Shown here in pieces: positions 19,988 through 28,225 of a stretch of DNA of 64,000 nucleotides. The translations under genes were made by a program, and so were the position numbers. The DNA lies in contig CAYQEU010000001.1 of assembly GCA_964416765.1 (NCBI GenBank), positions 340,480-404,479 of the forward strand. Reading direction: 5' to 3'. The stretch is from an uncultured Candidatus Saccharibacteria bacterium (GTDB lineage Bacteria; Patescibacteriota; Doudnabacteria; UBA920). The notes under the pieces are model-generated. The model was not told the DNA's origin. It saw only the letters and a list, made by a program, of their open reading frames with translations, and ran no database searches. Each line of letters starts with the position of its first letter. The first letter of the stretch is position 1.

Positions 19988-20575
19988 ATGAACCAAAGTG
20001 AACTCATAAAAGAACTGCGGGAAATGACCGGAGTCGGCATTTCCGACATCAAGACCGCTCTGACGGAAAGCGGCGGAGACAAGGATAAAGCCTTGGAAAT
20101 TCTGCGCAAGAGCGGCGCCGCAAAGCTGGCAAAGAAAGCGGACCGGGTAGCCAAAGAAGGATTAGTTGAAAGCTATATCCATGCTGGCGGAAGAGTCGGA
20201 GTACTGGTAGAATTAAATTGTGAGACCGACTTTGTGGCTCGCACAGATGACTTCAAAGATTTAGCCAAGGAACTCGCTCTGCATATTGCCGCAGCTAACC
20301 CGTTGTATATCGCTAAAGAAGATGTTCCGGAAGAAGTACTGGAAAAGGAACGCGAAATCTATAAGGAACAGTCCAAGGACAAACCCGCGGATGTTGCTGA
20401 CAAAATGGTAGAAGGCAAAGTCCAGAAGTATTTTGAAGAAGCCTGCTTGCTTGAACAGCCCTACGTTAAGGACCAGGGCGTGAAGATTTCCCAGTTGATT
20501 GCAGACCGCGCCGCTAAGATGGGCGAGAACATCCAAGTCGGCCGCTTCGTCCGCTACGTACTGGGCAACCAGTAG
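19988..20575 (+). CDS. tsf: Elongation factor Ts
   Basis: UBA-like N-terminus ELREMTGVGISDIKTAL and dimerisation core LVELNCETDFVA. Confidence 0.92.
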   Translation: MNQSELIKELREMTGVGISDIKTALTESGGDKDKALEILRKSGAAKLAKKADRVAKEGLVESYIHAGGRVGVLVELNCETDFVARTDDFKDLAKELALHIAAANPLYIAKEDVPEEVLEKEREIYKEQSKDKPADVADKMVEGKVQKYFEEACLLEQPYVKDQGVKISQLIADRAAKMGENIQVGRFVRYVLGNQ

Positions 20576-20619
20576 GCAGTCGAAAGCGCCTCATAAACCC
20601 AAATATTAAACATACAAAT

Positions 20620-21372
20620 TTGTCTTTCCAGGTGCTACCCAACTTAATCTTTCTGTTCTCCCTAGTCGGGATTATAGTTTTGATTTTACGCCGGGTACCA
20701 CAGGCGACGGGAGTGAATTCGCTTCACGCCTTGAAGTCAGAAGAAGCTCCCGCGCCGGAAGAGCAACTGCGAGAAAAGGGTGTCCCGGCAGTTACTTTGT
20801 CGGAATCGCGCAAGGTAGTGAATGCCGCTGGGAAGAAAGTTTGGAAGTTTATGCTTGAGGCCAAGGGGTTGTCACACACCGCTACCGTCAACCACCGCAT
20901 CAAGAAGTTTTTGCATATTTCGCGCAAGAAGGAGTTACCCCCGGCAGAGTCCATTTTTATGGATGAAAAATACTACATTGAGCAGATTAAGCGTTTTCCG
21001 AAGGACTGGCAGCAATACAATAATTTGGGCCAGTACTACATAGAACACCACAACTATGAGGACGCGCTCGGAGTGTATGAGTATTTAACCCAGCAGGACC
21101 CGCTAAACGACGCGTTTTGGGCAAAACTCGGGTATGTTAAGATGCGAAAGTCGGATTTCACCGGCGCGGCGGAGAGTTATGAAAAGTCCGTCGGACTTGA
21201 TTCTAGTCACCCAAACCGCTATTATAATCTGGCTCTGGCTGACATTGAAACTGAGAAGTTTTCAGAAGCACAGGATGCTTTGAAAAAAGCGCTGCAACTG
21301 GAACCGGAAAACCAAAAGTACAAAGATGCTTTGGATGAGGTGAAAAACAGGTCAGCGATAGCACAAAATTGA
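20620..21372 (+). CDS. Membrane-anchored TPR-repeat protein
   Basis: N-terminal TM (LPNLIFLFSLVGIIVLIL), C-terminal TPR-like repeats (YYNLG.YY.E..NYEDAL, YYNLALADIETEKFSEAQDALKKALQLEP); start codon uncertain (TTG in track). Confidence 0.6.
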   Translation: MSFQVLPNLIFLFSLVGIIVLILRRVPQATGVNSLHALKSEEAPAPEEQLREKGVPAVTLSESRKVVNAAGKKVWKFMLEAKGLSHTATVNHRIKKFLHISRKKELPPAESIFMDEKYYIEQIKRFPKDWQQYNNLGQYYIEHHNYEDALGVYEYLTQQDPLNDAFWAKLGYVKMRKSDFTGAAESYEKSVGLDSSHPNRYYNLALADIETEKFSEAQDALKKALQLEPENQKYKDALDEVKNRSAIAQN

Positions 21373-21378
21373 TATTAT

Positions 21379-21454
21379 GCCGTTGTAGCTCAGTAGGTAG
21401 AGCATCTCCATGGTAAGGAGAAGGTCTCCGGTTCGATCCCGGACAACGGCTCCA
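21379..21454 (+). tRNA. tRNA-Thr (anticodon GGT)
   Basis: Cloverleaf read by hand: acceptor GCCGTTG/CAACGGC, D arm GCTCAGTAGGTAGAGC, anticodon loop AUGGUAA, T loop TTCGATC, encoded CCA. Confidence 0.9.
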
Positions 21455-21459
21455 GAGAA

Positions 21460-21488
21460 AGGCACCTAGGCGATTGGGTGCCTTTTTC
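21460..21488 (+). terminator. Terminator after tRNA-Thr (AGGCACC-TAGGCGATT-GGGTGCCT then TTTTC)
   Basis: GC-rich stem and T-run directly 3' of the tRNA. Confidence 0.7.
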
Positions 21489-21523
21489 TTGTCCGCAAAA
21501 ATATTTGGGTTTATTATAAACAT

Positions 21524-22573
21524 ATGTCTAAATATTCACCGGAATTCGGCTTGGGATTATCCAAGGATTATAGCCCTGACGCTTCGCCTGCCGACGGAAA
21601 CCGCTGGGAGCAGTTTTTCAAGCGCAATAAAGAGGCAATACAAAAATCACTGGTTAAGATTGTAGGGGCTAGTGTATTTTTGAGCGCGAGTATTATTGAA
21701 CCATATAAAGCTGTCGCCCAACAAATGTCTTTCACCAAAGAGAGCGTCGCGAGCAGAAGTATAGAGAATTCCGGCCGGAAGCAGGAAAGACAAATTCAGC
21801 GGGAAATATTGACAGACGAAAGAGAACGAGTTTTTGTGGAATTGGATGAGGAGTTTTATGAGCTAAATGAAGGCAAGGCCCGTAACGCCTTTATTGACTA
21901 CGAAGACCTGTATGATTTTATGGAAGCCCATAGTGCCAGGCATGCTTATATAGCGCACACCCATCCAAAGGAGACCTACATCGATCCATTAAAAAAACTT
22001 TCGTATTCCCAAGAGAGGATTGATGGCATCCTAAGCGCTCATGAACTTCCTCCAGAGCCGCCGAGTATGATGGATTTTAGCGCCCAGTATGGAATACAAA
22101 ACCACTTTAAACCCAAAGGTATGGATTTAAGGGGAAAGGTAATTGACCCGGAAGGAAATTGGGTATTTACGGTTGCGGACAATAACCATTTGTTTGAAAG
22201 ATTGCAAGAGGTCGGGTCAGTAATGCAACAATCACTGGTAAAAAACCTAACTAAAGGAGAGTGGAATACTATTAGAAAGGTAATGGAAACCGGAACAGTG
22301 GACCCGCGGGAATTAAGCAGCTATCTGCAATCACTGCCCAAAGAAGAAGACCGATTGGGGGAGAAGAAGAAATTGGGCCAAAAACTAGATAATTTAGAAA
22401 AAGAGGTTATGCAAGGCTTTAACCAGGAAATGGATGTATATGAAAAAGTTGAGAAATTAGCTTTGGCCGTGATGACAAGTCCATTAGGACCAGAAAGAGA
22501 AAAGGCGATTGCTGATTACGTCGGCTATTGTTCCCGTAACGGGATAAACGTCTCTTATAATAAAGCGAATTAA
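21524..22573 (+). CDS. Hypothetical protein, 349 aa, no recognisable domain
   Basis: Long uninterrupted ORF between two tRNA loci; sequence shows no motif I can assign. Confidence 0.55.
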   Translation: MSKYSPEFGLGLSKDYSPDASPADGNRWEQFFKRNKEAIQKSLVKIVGASVFLSASIIEPYKAVAQQMSFTKESVASRSIENSGRKQERQIQREILTDERERVFVELDEEFYELNEGKARNAFIDYEDLYDFMEAHSARHAYIAHTHPKETYIDPLKKLSYSQERIDGILSAHELPPEPPSMMDFSAQYGIQNHFKPKGMDLRGKVIDPEGNWVFTVADNNHLFERLQEVGSVMQQSLVKNLTKGEWNTIRKVMETGTVDPRELSSYLQSLPKEEDRLGEKKKLGQKLDNLEKEVMQGFNQEMDVYEKVEKLALAVMTSPLGPEREKAIADYVGYCSRNGINVSYNKAN

Positions 22574-22637
22574 GGGCTAGGCTTGCTTTTTTTGCCAAAA
22601 TCCAGTAAAATTATCTCTGTACTTTGCTAATTTTTAA

Positions 22638-22723
22638 GGGTAGGTACCCAAGTGGTCAACGGGGGCTGACTGTAAATCAGCTGGCTTTAGCCTTCAGAGG
22701 TTCGAATCCTCTCCTGCCCACCA
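22638..22723 (+). tRNA. tRNA-Tyr (anticodon GTA), long variable arm
   Basis: Acceptor GGGTAGG/CCTGCCC (one G-U pair), anticodon loop CUGUAAA, 14-nt variable arm, T loop TTCGAAT, encoded CCA. Confidence 0.88.
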
Positions 22724-22733
22724 GATAATAATT

Positions 22734-22809
22734 GCCGGCTTAGCTCATCTGGTAGAGCAACGGTTTTGTAAACCGTAGGTGGTCGGTTCGAGCCCGACAG
22801 CCGGCTCCA
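22734..22809 (+). tRNA. tRNA-Thr (anticodon TGT)
   Basis: Acceptor GCCGGCT/AGCCGGC, D arm TAGCTCATCTGGTAGAGC, anticodon loop UUUGUAA, T loop TTCGAGC, encoded CCA. Confidence 0.9.
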
Positions 22810-22826
22810 TAATTGAAAGGAAATGT

Positions 22827-22982
22827 ATGTCACAGGACAACCGGATTGATATGGAATGCACCGAATGCAAGCGCATTACCCATCAAACCAACAAGAATAA
22901 AAAGAATACCCCGAAGCGCTTAGAACTGTCCAAGTTCTGCAAGTTCTGCAAGAAGAAGACTCTTCACCGGGAAACCAAGTAA
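22827..22982 (+). CDS. rpmG: 50S ribosomal protein L33
   Basis: [41 protein letters not shown] matches the L33 zinc-ribbon family; AAAGGAAA RBS; the track ORF is extended upstream across the tRNA and that extension is rejected. Confidence 0.88.
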   Translation: MSQDNRIDMECTECKRITHQTNKNKKNTPKRLELSKFCKFCKKKTLHRETK

Positions 22983-23008
22983 ACCTCGCGCAAACCGCGA
23001 GGTTTGCT
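22981..23008 (+). terminator. Hairpin after rpmG (AACCTCGCG-CAAAC-CGCGAGGTT then TTGCTAT)
   Basis: 9-bp stem; weak T-run, may be a partial terminator before tRNA-Trp. Confidence 0.5.
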
Positions 23009-23034
23009 ATAATATAGGCTGTTTGGGAATAGAA

Positions 23035-23108
23035 TTGATGCCGTGGGGGCGTCGTATAATGGTAGTACAGCGGTCTCCAAAACCGCTTGCGTGGGTTCGA
23101 TTCCTACC
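23035..23108 (+). tRNA. tRNA-Trp (anticodon CCA)
   Basis: Near-identical architecture to E. coli tRNA-Trp (GGGGCG..GGTCTCCAAAACC..TTCGATTCC..CGCCCCTGCCA); anticodon loop CUCCAAA. Confidence 0.9.
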
Positions 23109-23126
23109 GCCCCTGCCAGGACTTTA

Positions 23127-23151
23127 TAAAAGTGCGAAAATCGCCGTGAAG
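23127..23151 (+). terminator. Terminator after tRNA-Trp (AAAATCGCC-GTGAA-GGCGGTTTT then TTG)
   Basis: Stem plus T6. Confidence 0.7.
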
Positions 23152-23178
23152 GCGGTTTTTTGTTATCATTTACACACT

Positions 23179-23802
23179 ATGGCAAACAGAAAGCTTGTTA
23201 TTTGGGATTTTGACGGTCCAATTGTTGATTCGAGAGCCCTGGCTCTAGAGCTAACTCAGGTTGGATATCATGACGTCGATGAACATGTTCACCGCAATCT
23301 TTTTAATGGAAATGTTTATGTTGAACTTTCTAAATTGAGAAAGAGAGAATTGAGCGAAGAGAAGCAAGCTGAATTTTTAGAAAAGAGCTACTGGCCAAGG
23401 AAATTAGAAATTGTCCCTGTCCCTGGAATAACCGAAGTTGTAAAGGAGCTTGCACGGGATTTTGATATGACTATTAATTCATCAAGCAGTACAGCCGTAA
23501 TTCTTAATTATTTAGTCAAAAATAATTTGTCTGCCTATTTCTCAAGAATTTACGGCAACGAAATCAAAAGTAAAGAAGAAAAGTTTGAAATGATTCTCCA
23601 AGACTTTAACTTGCTGGCCCAGGACTGTGTTTTGATAACTGATACCCTGGGCGATGTCCTTGAAGCAAAAACTTTAGCAATTCCTTCCATAGTAGTGCTA
23701 TGGGGTTATCAATTTAAGGAGCACTTCGACTCAGTACAAAATGAAGTAGTATTTGTTGAGGATGCGGGCCAGCTTATTAGTGCGGTTCGAGGCCACTTTT
23801 AA
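23179..23802 (+). CDS. HAD-superfamily hydrolase (phosphatase-like)
   Basis: Motif I WDFDGPIVDS near the N-terminus; start set at ATG 23179 downstream of tRNA-Trp, because the longer track ORF overlaps the tRNA. Confidence 0.7.
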   Translation: MANRKLVIWDFDGPIVDSRALALELTQVGYHDVDEHVHRNLFNGNVYVELSKLRKRELSEEKQAEFLEKSYWPRKLEIVPVPGITEVVKELARDFDMTINSSSSTAVILNYLVKNNLSAYFSRIYGNEIKSKEEKFEMILQDFNLLAQDCVLITDTLGDVLEAKTLAIPSIVVLWGYQFKEHFDSVQNEVVFVEDAGQLISAVRGHF

Positions 23803-23842
23803 AAGCATCGTCCGAACAGCGTTTTTTTGATATCATTTAATC

Positions 23843-24277
23843 ATGCAACAAGAAATATTAGATTATCTTAGCAGTCAGCGAATTGGAGTGTTGGCACTTG
23901 AAATGTCGGACGGCTCACCGCACGCCGCAACTCTTCACTACGCTAATAATGAAAGCGGGGAGATGTTCTTCTTTAAAACCGACCGTGCGTACCGCAAAAG
24001 CGAGGCCCTTTTGTCCAGAGGAATCGTGCGGGCATCCCTGGTAATTGGTTTTAGTGAAAGCGAGATGAAAACCTTGCAGTTGGACGGCGAAGCACGTCTT
24101 CTTGAAGAGGGCACTCAAGGACTTTTTGAGAGCGTGTACTTTGGCAAGTTTCCCGAAAAGCGAAAACCCGAACCGGATCCCAATGCTGTGTGTTTTGTGT
24201 TTACGCCCAACTGGTGGAGATTCACAGATTGGACTAAGCCAAAAGGGAAAAGCATCATTTTATCCACGGATAAATAA
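23843..24277 (+). CDS. Pyridoxamine 5'-phosphate oxidase-like FMN-binding split-barrel protein (putative)
   Basis: Size and hydrophobic pattern consistent with the PNPOx-like fold; no decisive motif. Confidence 0.4.
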   Translation: MQQEILDYLSSQRIGVLALEMSDGSPHAATLHYANNESGEMFFFKTDRAYRKSEALLSRGIVRASLVIGFSESEMKTLQLDGEARLLEEGTQGLFESVYFGKFPEKRKPEPDPNAVCFVFTPNWWRFTDWTKPKGKSIILSTDK

Positions 24278-24279
24278 AC

Positions 24280-24783
24280 GTGCTGATAATAATCACAGGG
24301 CCACCGGGGGCGGGCAAAAGTACCATGTCCCAGGCATTGGCTCTAAAACTTAAGAAGACCGTTTATTTGCCTACGGATATCATCCGCAGCTTCTTCGTTA
24401 ACGGTAGTTATGTTCCGTGGGATACTTCACCGAAAGCCAAGAAACAGCACCTGCTGTTCGAAGAAATTGTTACCCGCATGGCAGAACAATACATTGCCAA
24501 TGGATATAACGTGATCTTAGATGGAATTTATGATGACCAGGATGTAATTAAGCTCAGCAAGGTATCAAAAAAAGTGAAGGCCTTTATCTTGTTGCCGACT
24601 CTGCAGGTAACCCGCGCGAGGGATCGAGGACGGGAAAAGGCAAAACAGATAGCACATAGAGTAAAGCCTTTACATGATTACTTCAGCAAAGCCAGTTTAA
24701 AGCGTTTCGAGCTGATCGACTCAAGCGAGTTAGACGCTAAACAAACCCTTCGTAAAATTATATCTAAGTCAAAACTGAAATAA
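24280..24783 (+). CDS. P-loop NTPase / small-molecule or polynucleotide kinase-like protein
   Basis: Walker A ITGPPGAGKST at the N-terminus, DG..DD Walker B-like segment; 167 aa. Confidence 0.6.
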   Translation: MLIIITGPPGAGKSTMSQALALKLKKTVYLPTDIIRSFFVNGSYVPWDTSPKAKKQHLLFEEIVTRMAEQYIANGYNVILDGIYDDQDVIKLSKVSKKVKAFILLPTLQVTRARDRGREKAKQIAHRVKPLHDYFSKASLKRFELIDSSELDAKQTLRKIISKSKLK

Positions 24784-24785
24784 AA

Positions 24786-24808
24786 AACCGCCGGACAGGC
24801 GGTTTTTA
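24786..24808. terminator. Bidirectional terminator (AACCGCC-GGACA-GGCGGTT then TTTAC)
   Basis: Perfect stem between convergent kinase (+) and DEAD-box helicase (-) genes. Confidence 0.75.
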
Positions 24809-24809
24809 C

Positions 24810-26159
24810 TTATATATCAAATCCTCTACTGCGAGCCGAATGGTCGAAGCTCTTCCTCCCTTGCGGTCTGCCCCCACTGGAGCGGCGAGATGAAGAGTAT
24901 CCGCGGCGTGCTGGCCTGTTAGAGTCTTGGGATCCGCGCTGGCCACTACGACTGCGCCCAAAACTATGGCTTGACTTGGTACTTCTGGCGGCGCGACCCT
25001 CATGTGGTTTTTTTCGGTCGTACGAAGCCGGGGCAGTTGTTACCGCTTTACCGCTAACAGATTTTTTGTTCAGCGTCTTCTTAATTAAGCGCTCGATTTC
25101 CCGAATATCAGAATGCTGGTCGGTAGTTGCGAATGAAATTGCGTGCCCGCTTTTGCCTGCCCGGGCCGTGCGGCCAATTCGGTGCACGTAATCCTCAGCC
25201 TGTTCCGGCAAGTCATAATTAATTACGAGTTCAATGTTGGTCACATCAATTCCCCGCGCGGCGATATCAGTTGCAACCAATACCCGGTACTTTCCGATCT
25301 TAAAACCGTTCAATGCCTCAAGCCTTTGATTCAAAGAACGGTTAGAATGTATTTCCGCGGAAGTGTAGCCTTGCTGGCGGAGGGTGGCAGCGATTTTTTT
25401 AGCGCCAAATTTTGTACGGCAGAACACCAGGGTGCTCCCGTTGTATTCTGTCAGAATCTTTTTCAAGAGATTAGGTTTCTCTGACTTTTCCACCATAATG
25501 ATTTCCTGCGTAATTTGAGTTGCGGTGGAACCGGCCGGGGCCACTTCAATTCTAGTAGGAAGTTTCAGAAAAGCGTTGGCAATCTCCGAAATGGATTGGT
25601 CCATGGTTGCTGAAAAGAGCAGAGTTTGGCGGTTGGAAGGCAGGTGGGGGAGGATTTGCTTAAGCTGTGGGGCGAAACCCATGTCTAGCATCCGGTCGGC
25701 TTCGTCCAAAATAAGAATTCCGGTATGTGACAAGTTAACTTTTTTGGAGCCAAGCAGGTCAATCAACCTTCCTGGTGTGGCTATCACAATGTGGGGACCC
25801 TGCTTCAAAGCGGAAATCTGCCGGTTCATTGATTCGCCGCCGATTACCACCGCGGTTTTTAACCCAAGTGAGCGCCCAATTTGCTTTAATGATTCATTAA
25901 CCTGTACAGCCAGTTCCCGTGTTGGTACCAGAACCAGCCCTTTGGATTTAGTTATTACCAGGCGTTGCAGCATGGGAATACCGAACGCAAGAGTTTTACC
26001 GGTACCAGTTTGGGCTATGCCAATCATGTCTTTGCCCGCGATGGCAACAGGTATGGACTGGCGCTGAATCGGGGTGGGAGTTTCGAAACCTTGTTTGGAG
26101 ATGACCTCCATTAATTTCGGTGCGATCCCTAAACCACTAAAGTTGTTTTCGTTGTTCAT
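24810..26159 (-). CDS. DEAD-box ATP-dependent RNA helicase with Arg/Gly/Ser-rich C-terminal tail
   Basis: Q motif, AQTGTGKT, DEAD, SAT, HRIGRTARAG motifs all present. Confidence 0.92.
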   Translation of the reverse strand: MNNENNFSGLGIAPKLMEVISKQGFETPTPIQRQSIPVAIAGKDMIGIAQTGTGKTLAFGIPMLQRLVITKSKGLVLVPTRELAVQVNESLKQIGRSLGLKTAVVIGGESMNRQISALKQGPHIVIATPGRLIDLLGSKKVNLSHTGILILDEADRMLDMGFAPQLKQILPHLPSNRQTLLFSATMDQSISEIANAFLKLPTRIEVAPAGSTATQITQEIIMVEKSEKPNLLKKILTEYNGSTLVFCRTKFGAKKIAATLRQQGYTSAEIHSNRSLNQRLEALNGFKIGKYRVLVATDIAARGIDVTNIELVINYDLPEQAEDYVHRIGRTARAGKSGHAISFATTDQHSDIREIERLIKKTLNKKSVSGKAVTTAPASYDRKKPHEGRAARSTKSSHSFGRSRSGQRGSQDSNRPARRGYSSSRRSSGGRPQGRKSFDHSARSRGFDI

Positions 26160-26207
26160 AATGCTTGTATTATAGCAGTGATGCGAGTTTTTTGATAACC
26201 TTTCAAT

Positions 26208-26750
26208 ATGATTGAATCAGAGATGCAGGCACTATATGAAGAGGCTATGGAGCATGTGGAACTTCACCACTGCAGCGCCAAACCTTATGGGTACGGCAAA
26301 CAGTTGTATGAATTGGCAGTGGAGCAGAGGGGCCAAAGCATGTTAGAAATCGGCACAGGGATTGGCTATACCACTGTCCTTTTAGCCAAAGCCAGACCGG
26401 AGGCAAGGATTCAGACAATTGAACGGAACATGGAGCACGTGGAAGCTGCGACTAAATTTTTGGCGGGTCACCTTAATAACCATAGAATAGAAATAATTGA
26501 AGGGATTGCAGAAGAAATTTTGCCGGAACTGCCGAACCCTTATGATTTAATTTTCTTTGACGGGTTTGGTATCCATTACGAATTTTTGCCCCAGTACCAA
26601 CGACTGTTGTTGCCAGGAGGCCTGGCGGTAATTGCCAATAACCATCTAAAAAGTAAAACCAGCGATAAATTTTTCCATGAATTACACCACTCATCCGCGT
26701 GGAAAATTATTGAACAATATGGAGACACTACTGTGGCGAGGAAATTGTAA
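26208..26750 (+). CDS. Class I SAM-dependent O-methyltransferase (family 3 / YrrM-like)
   Basis: SAM-binding LEIGTGIGYTT and DLIFFDG motifs. Confidence 0.65.
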   Translation: MIESEMQALYEEAMEHVELHHCSAKPYGYGKQLYELAVEQRGQSMLEIGTGIGYTTVLLAKARPEARIQTIERNMEHVEAATKFLAGHLNNHRIEIIEGIAEEILPELPNPYDLIFFDGFGIHYEFLPQYQRLLLPGGLAVIANNHLKSKTSDKFFHELHHSSAWKIIEQYGDTTVARKL

Positions 26751-26811
26751 ATTATTTTTTGTCCCCGGTTTGGCCGTTCGTGATACAATATAAGATATTA
26801 AGCGAACAAAT

Positions 26812-27009
26812 ATGAAAACATTAGTAAGCATAGTGCTTTTGCTCCTCGGCGTTTATTGGCTGCTTGACCATCACGCCCCATTGCCCTTAAACCATGATTC
26901 ACTTGGACTCCATAACCACACAATCCATGAGATAATTGGAGTGGTACTACTGGGGATCGGCATTTTCTTCTCCTGGCGTTGGAACCGCAAGCCCCAGCCC
27001 AATATGTAG
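26812..27009 (+). CDS. Small two-TM membrane protein, hypothetical
   Basis: Two hydrophobic helices separated by a His-rich loop; followed by a terminator. Confidence 0.45.
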   Translation: MKTLVSIVLLLLGVYWLLDHHAPLPLNHDSLGLHNHTIHEIIGVVLLGIGIFFSWRWNRKPQPNM

Positions 27010-27016
27010 TTAAAAT

Positions 27017-27040
27017 AAAACCGCCCCCGGGGCGGTTTTA
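27017..27040. terminator. Bidirectional terminator (AAAACCGCCC-CCG-GGGCGGTTTT)
   Basis: 10-bp stem flanked by A and T runs between convergent genes. Confidence 0.8.
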
Positions 27041-27049
27041 TCATTGAAA

Positions 27050-27583
27050 TTATTTTATGCAAACATAACCTTCGGTGGTTTCCAGGTGGTAACCCATATT
27101 CATCGCGGCATCCCGCTCGCTTGCACTGGTAGTGTAAAGGTGGTCACCATTGCCGTTATCGTAGCGGTACAGCCGATAAAGTGGGGTAGAGCCCGGTACC
27201 GTTGATGGGAATATAAACCCGATCATGCCTTCGCTAACATAACCATTTGGTGTCGCGGCAGTAGTAGAGTAGAAATGGTCTGTATCTGAATTGCTGTAGA
27301 ACCGGTACAGCGGAATAGTGTTATCGAGCTGGGTATTTTCCACTCCCCAGGTTGTTTGTTCATCGGAATACCCGATACCCGTTTCTTGGGGGTTGTTGGT
27401 ATAGAAGTGGTCTACTAGATTAGGATTCCACCTGCGGTATACCGTGTTCATAGCTGCTATATAATTTGGGTCTGAGCAGGAACTGTTGGTGGTAACCTGC
27501 GCGGCGGCCAAGGTAGGGAAAATACTTGCTACTCCCAAAGCCATCATAGCCATGCTCGACAAGTACCTCAATATTGTTTTCAT
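27050..27583 (-). CDS. Secreted repeat protein with three LYR.Y...DH.YT-type repeats (DUF5648-like)
   Basis: Signal peptide MKTILRYLSSMAMMALGVASIFPTLAAA; three about 40-aa repeats VYRRWNPNLVDHFYT / PLYRFYSNSDTDHFYST / PLYRLYRYDNGNGDHLYTTSASERDAA..GY..EG. Confidence 0.7.
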   Translation of the reverse strand: MKTILRYLSSMAMMALGVASIFPTLAAAQVTTNSSCSDPNYIAAMNTVYRRWNPNLVDHFYTNNPQETGIGYSDEQTTWGVENTQLDNTIPLYRFYSNSDTDHFYSTTAATPNGYVSEGMIGFIFPSTVPGSTPLYRLYRYDNGNGDHLYTTSASERDAAMNMGYHLETTEGYVCIK

Positions 27584-27610
27584 ATTTGCGTTTTTAATTA
27601 TCAGACTGAA

Positions 27611-27628
27611 AATTTACGCGCGTAAATT
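27611..27628. promoter_or_regulatory. 18-bp perfect palindrome AATTTACGCGCGTAAATT, candidate operator
   Basis: Perfect inverted repeat 28 nt upstream of the start codon of the secreted repeat-protein gene. Confidence 0.45.
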
Positions 27629-27692
27629 CTTCTTTAAATACAACGCTTTTTCTGCGAAATAGTTACTATTTTATGTAGCATGAAAATAAATG

Positions 27693-27716
27693 AAGCCTGT
27701 TCCGAAAAACAGGCCC
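27693..27716 (-). terminator. Terminator for the SixA-like gene (GCCTGTT-TTTCGG-AACAGGC then U-rich, minus strand)
   Basis: Perfect 7-bp stem followed on the minus strand by TTCATTTATTTTCAT. Confidence 0.6.
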
Positions 27717-27725
27717 CAAGTCCTT

Positions 27726-28181
27726 TTAGTAGCTGATGTTATGAATAGTTTGGTTTCGACAGTCAACCAGGACCGCTTCTCCAGTGGACAGAGTCCGACT
27801 TTGCCGGTATTTGCTGCAGTATAAACCGCAGAAATGCGCCGGAAACTTTTCCGCCCAATCGAGATGCACCACCAAAACCATGTTTCTGGCGTTCTTCTCA
27901 TGGTGCCGGAGCACCTTGTATCCGTCGTACATGCGGCTTGTAGTGCAGGGGCCGCCAAAGGCATGAAAAACCTCCACCTCCGTATTCAGCCGTGTCGCAA
28001 TGATTCCCGCTCCCTCGATGACTGTTTCCGTGGGGCAACAGAAAACCTTCGTCTTCTCCCTCCCAAACATCTCATATACTATCGCCGCCATTTCTTCATA
28101 TTGCCGTTTGCCGGCTTCCGATACTCCTCTGCGGTCAACAGTTGTTTCCGCCTGTCTCATGATTACCAAATTATGAATCAC
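27726..28181 (-). CDS. Histidine-phosphatase superfamily (SixA-like) protein with RHG changed to RQA
   Basis: Collinear with SixA (LVIMRQAET.. / ..MVLVVHLDW..); GTG start with GAGGAGG RBS 9 nt upstream; the competing + strand ORF 27834-28343 looks like antisense noise. Confidence 0.5.
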   Translation of the reverse strand: MIHNLVIMRQAETTVDRRGVSEAGKRQYEEMAAIVYEMFGREKTKVFCCPTETVIEGAGIIATRLNTEVEVFHAFGGPCTTSRMYDGYKVLRHHEKNARNMVLVVHLDWAEKFPAHFCGLYCSKYRQSRTLSTGEAVLVDCRNQTIHNISY

Positions 28182-28225
28182 AACCCATTTCCTCCTCGAA
28201 TTGCTGTTGTGTTATTTAACCATTT

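Noticed and set aside
21203-21523. 106-aa minus-strand ORF
   Set aside because: Overlaps tRNA-Thr(GGT) and its terminator on the opposite strand; Pro/Ser-rich low-complexity translation
22779-22826. N-terminal extension of the L33 ORF given in the ORF track
   Set aside because: Extension overlaps tRNA-Thr(TGT); a canonical AAAGGAAA RBS precedes the internal ATG at 22827, which gives a normal-length L33
23023-23178. Upstream part of the 259-aa ORF preceding the HAD hydrolase
   Set aside because: Overlaps tRNA-Trp and its terminator; the conserved HAD motif I lies just after the internal Met at 23179
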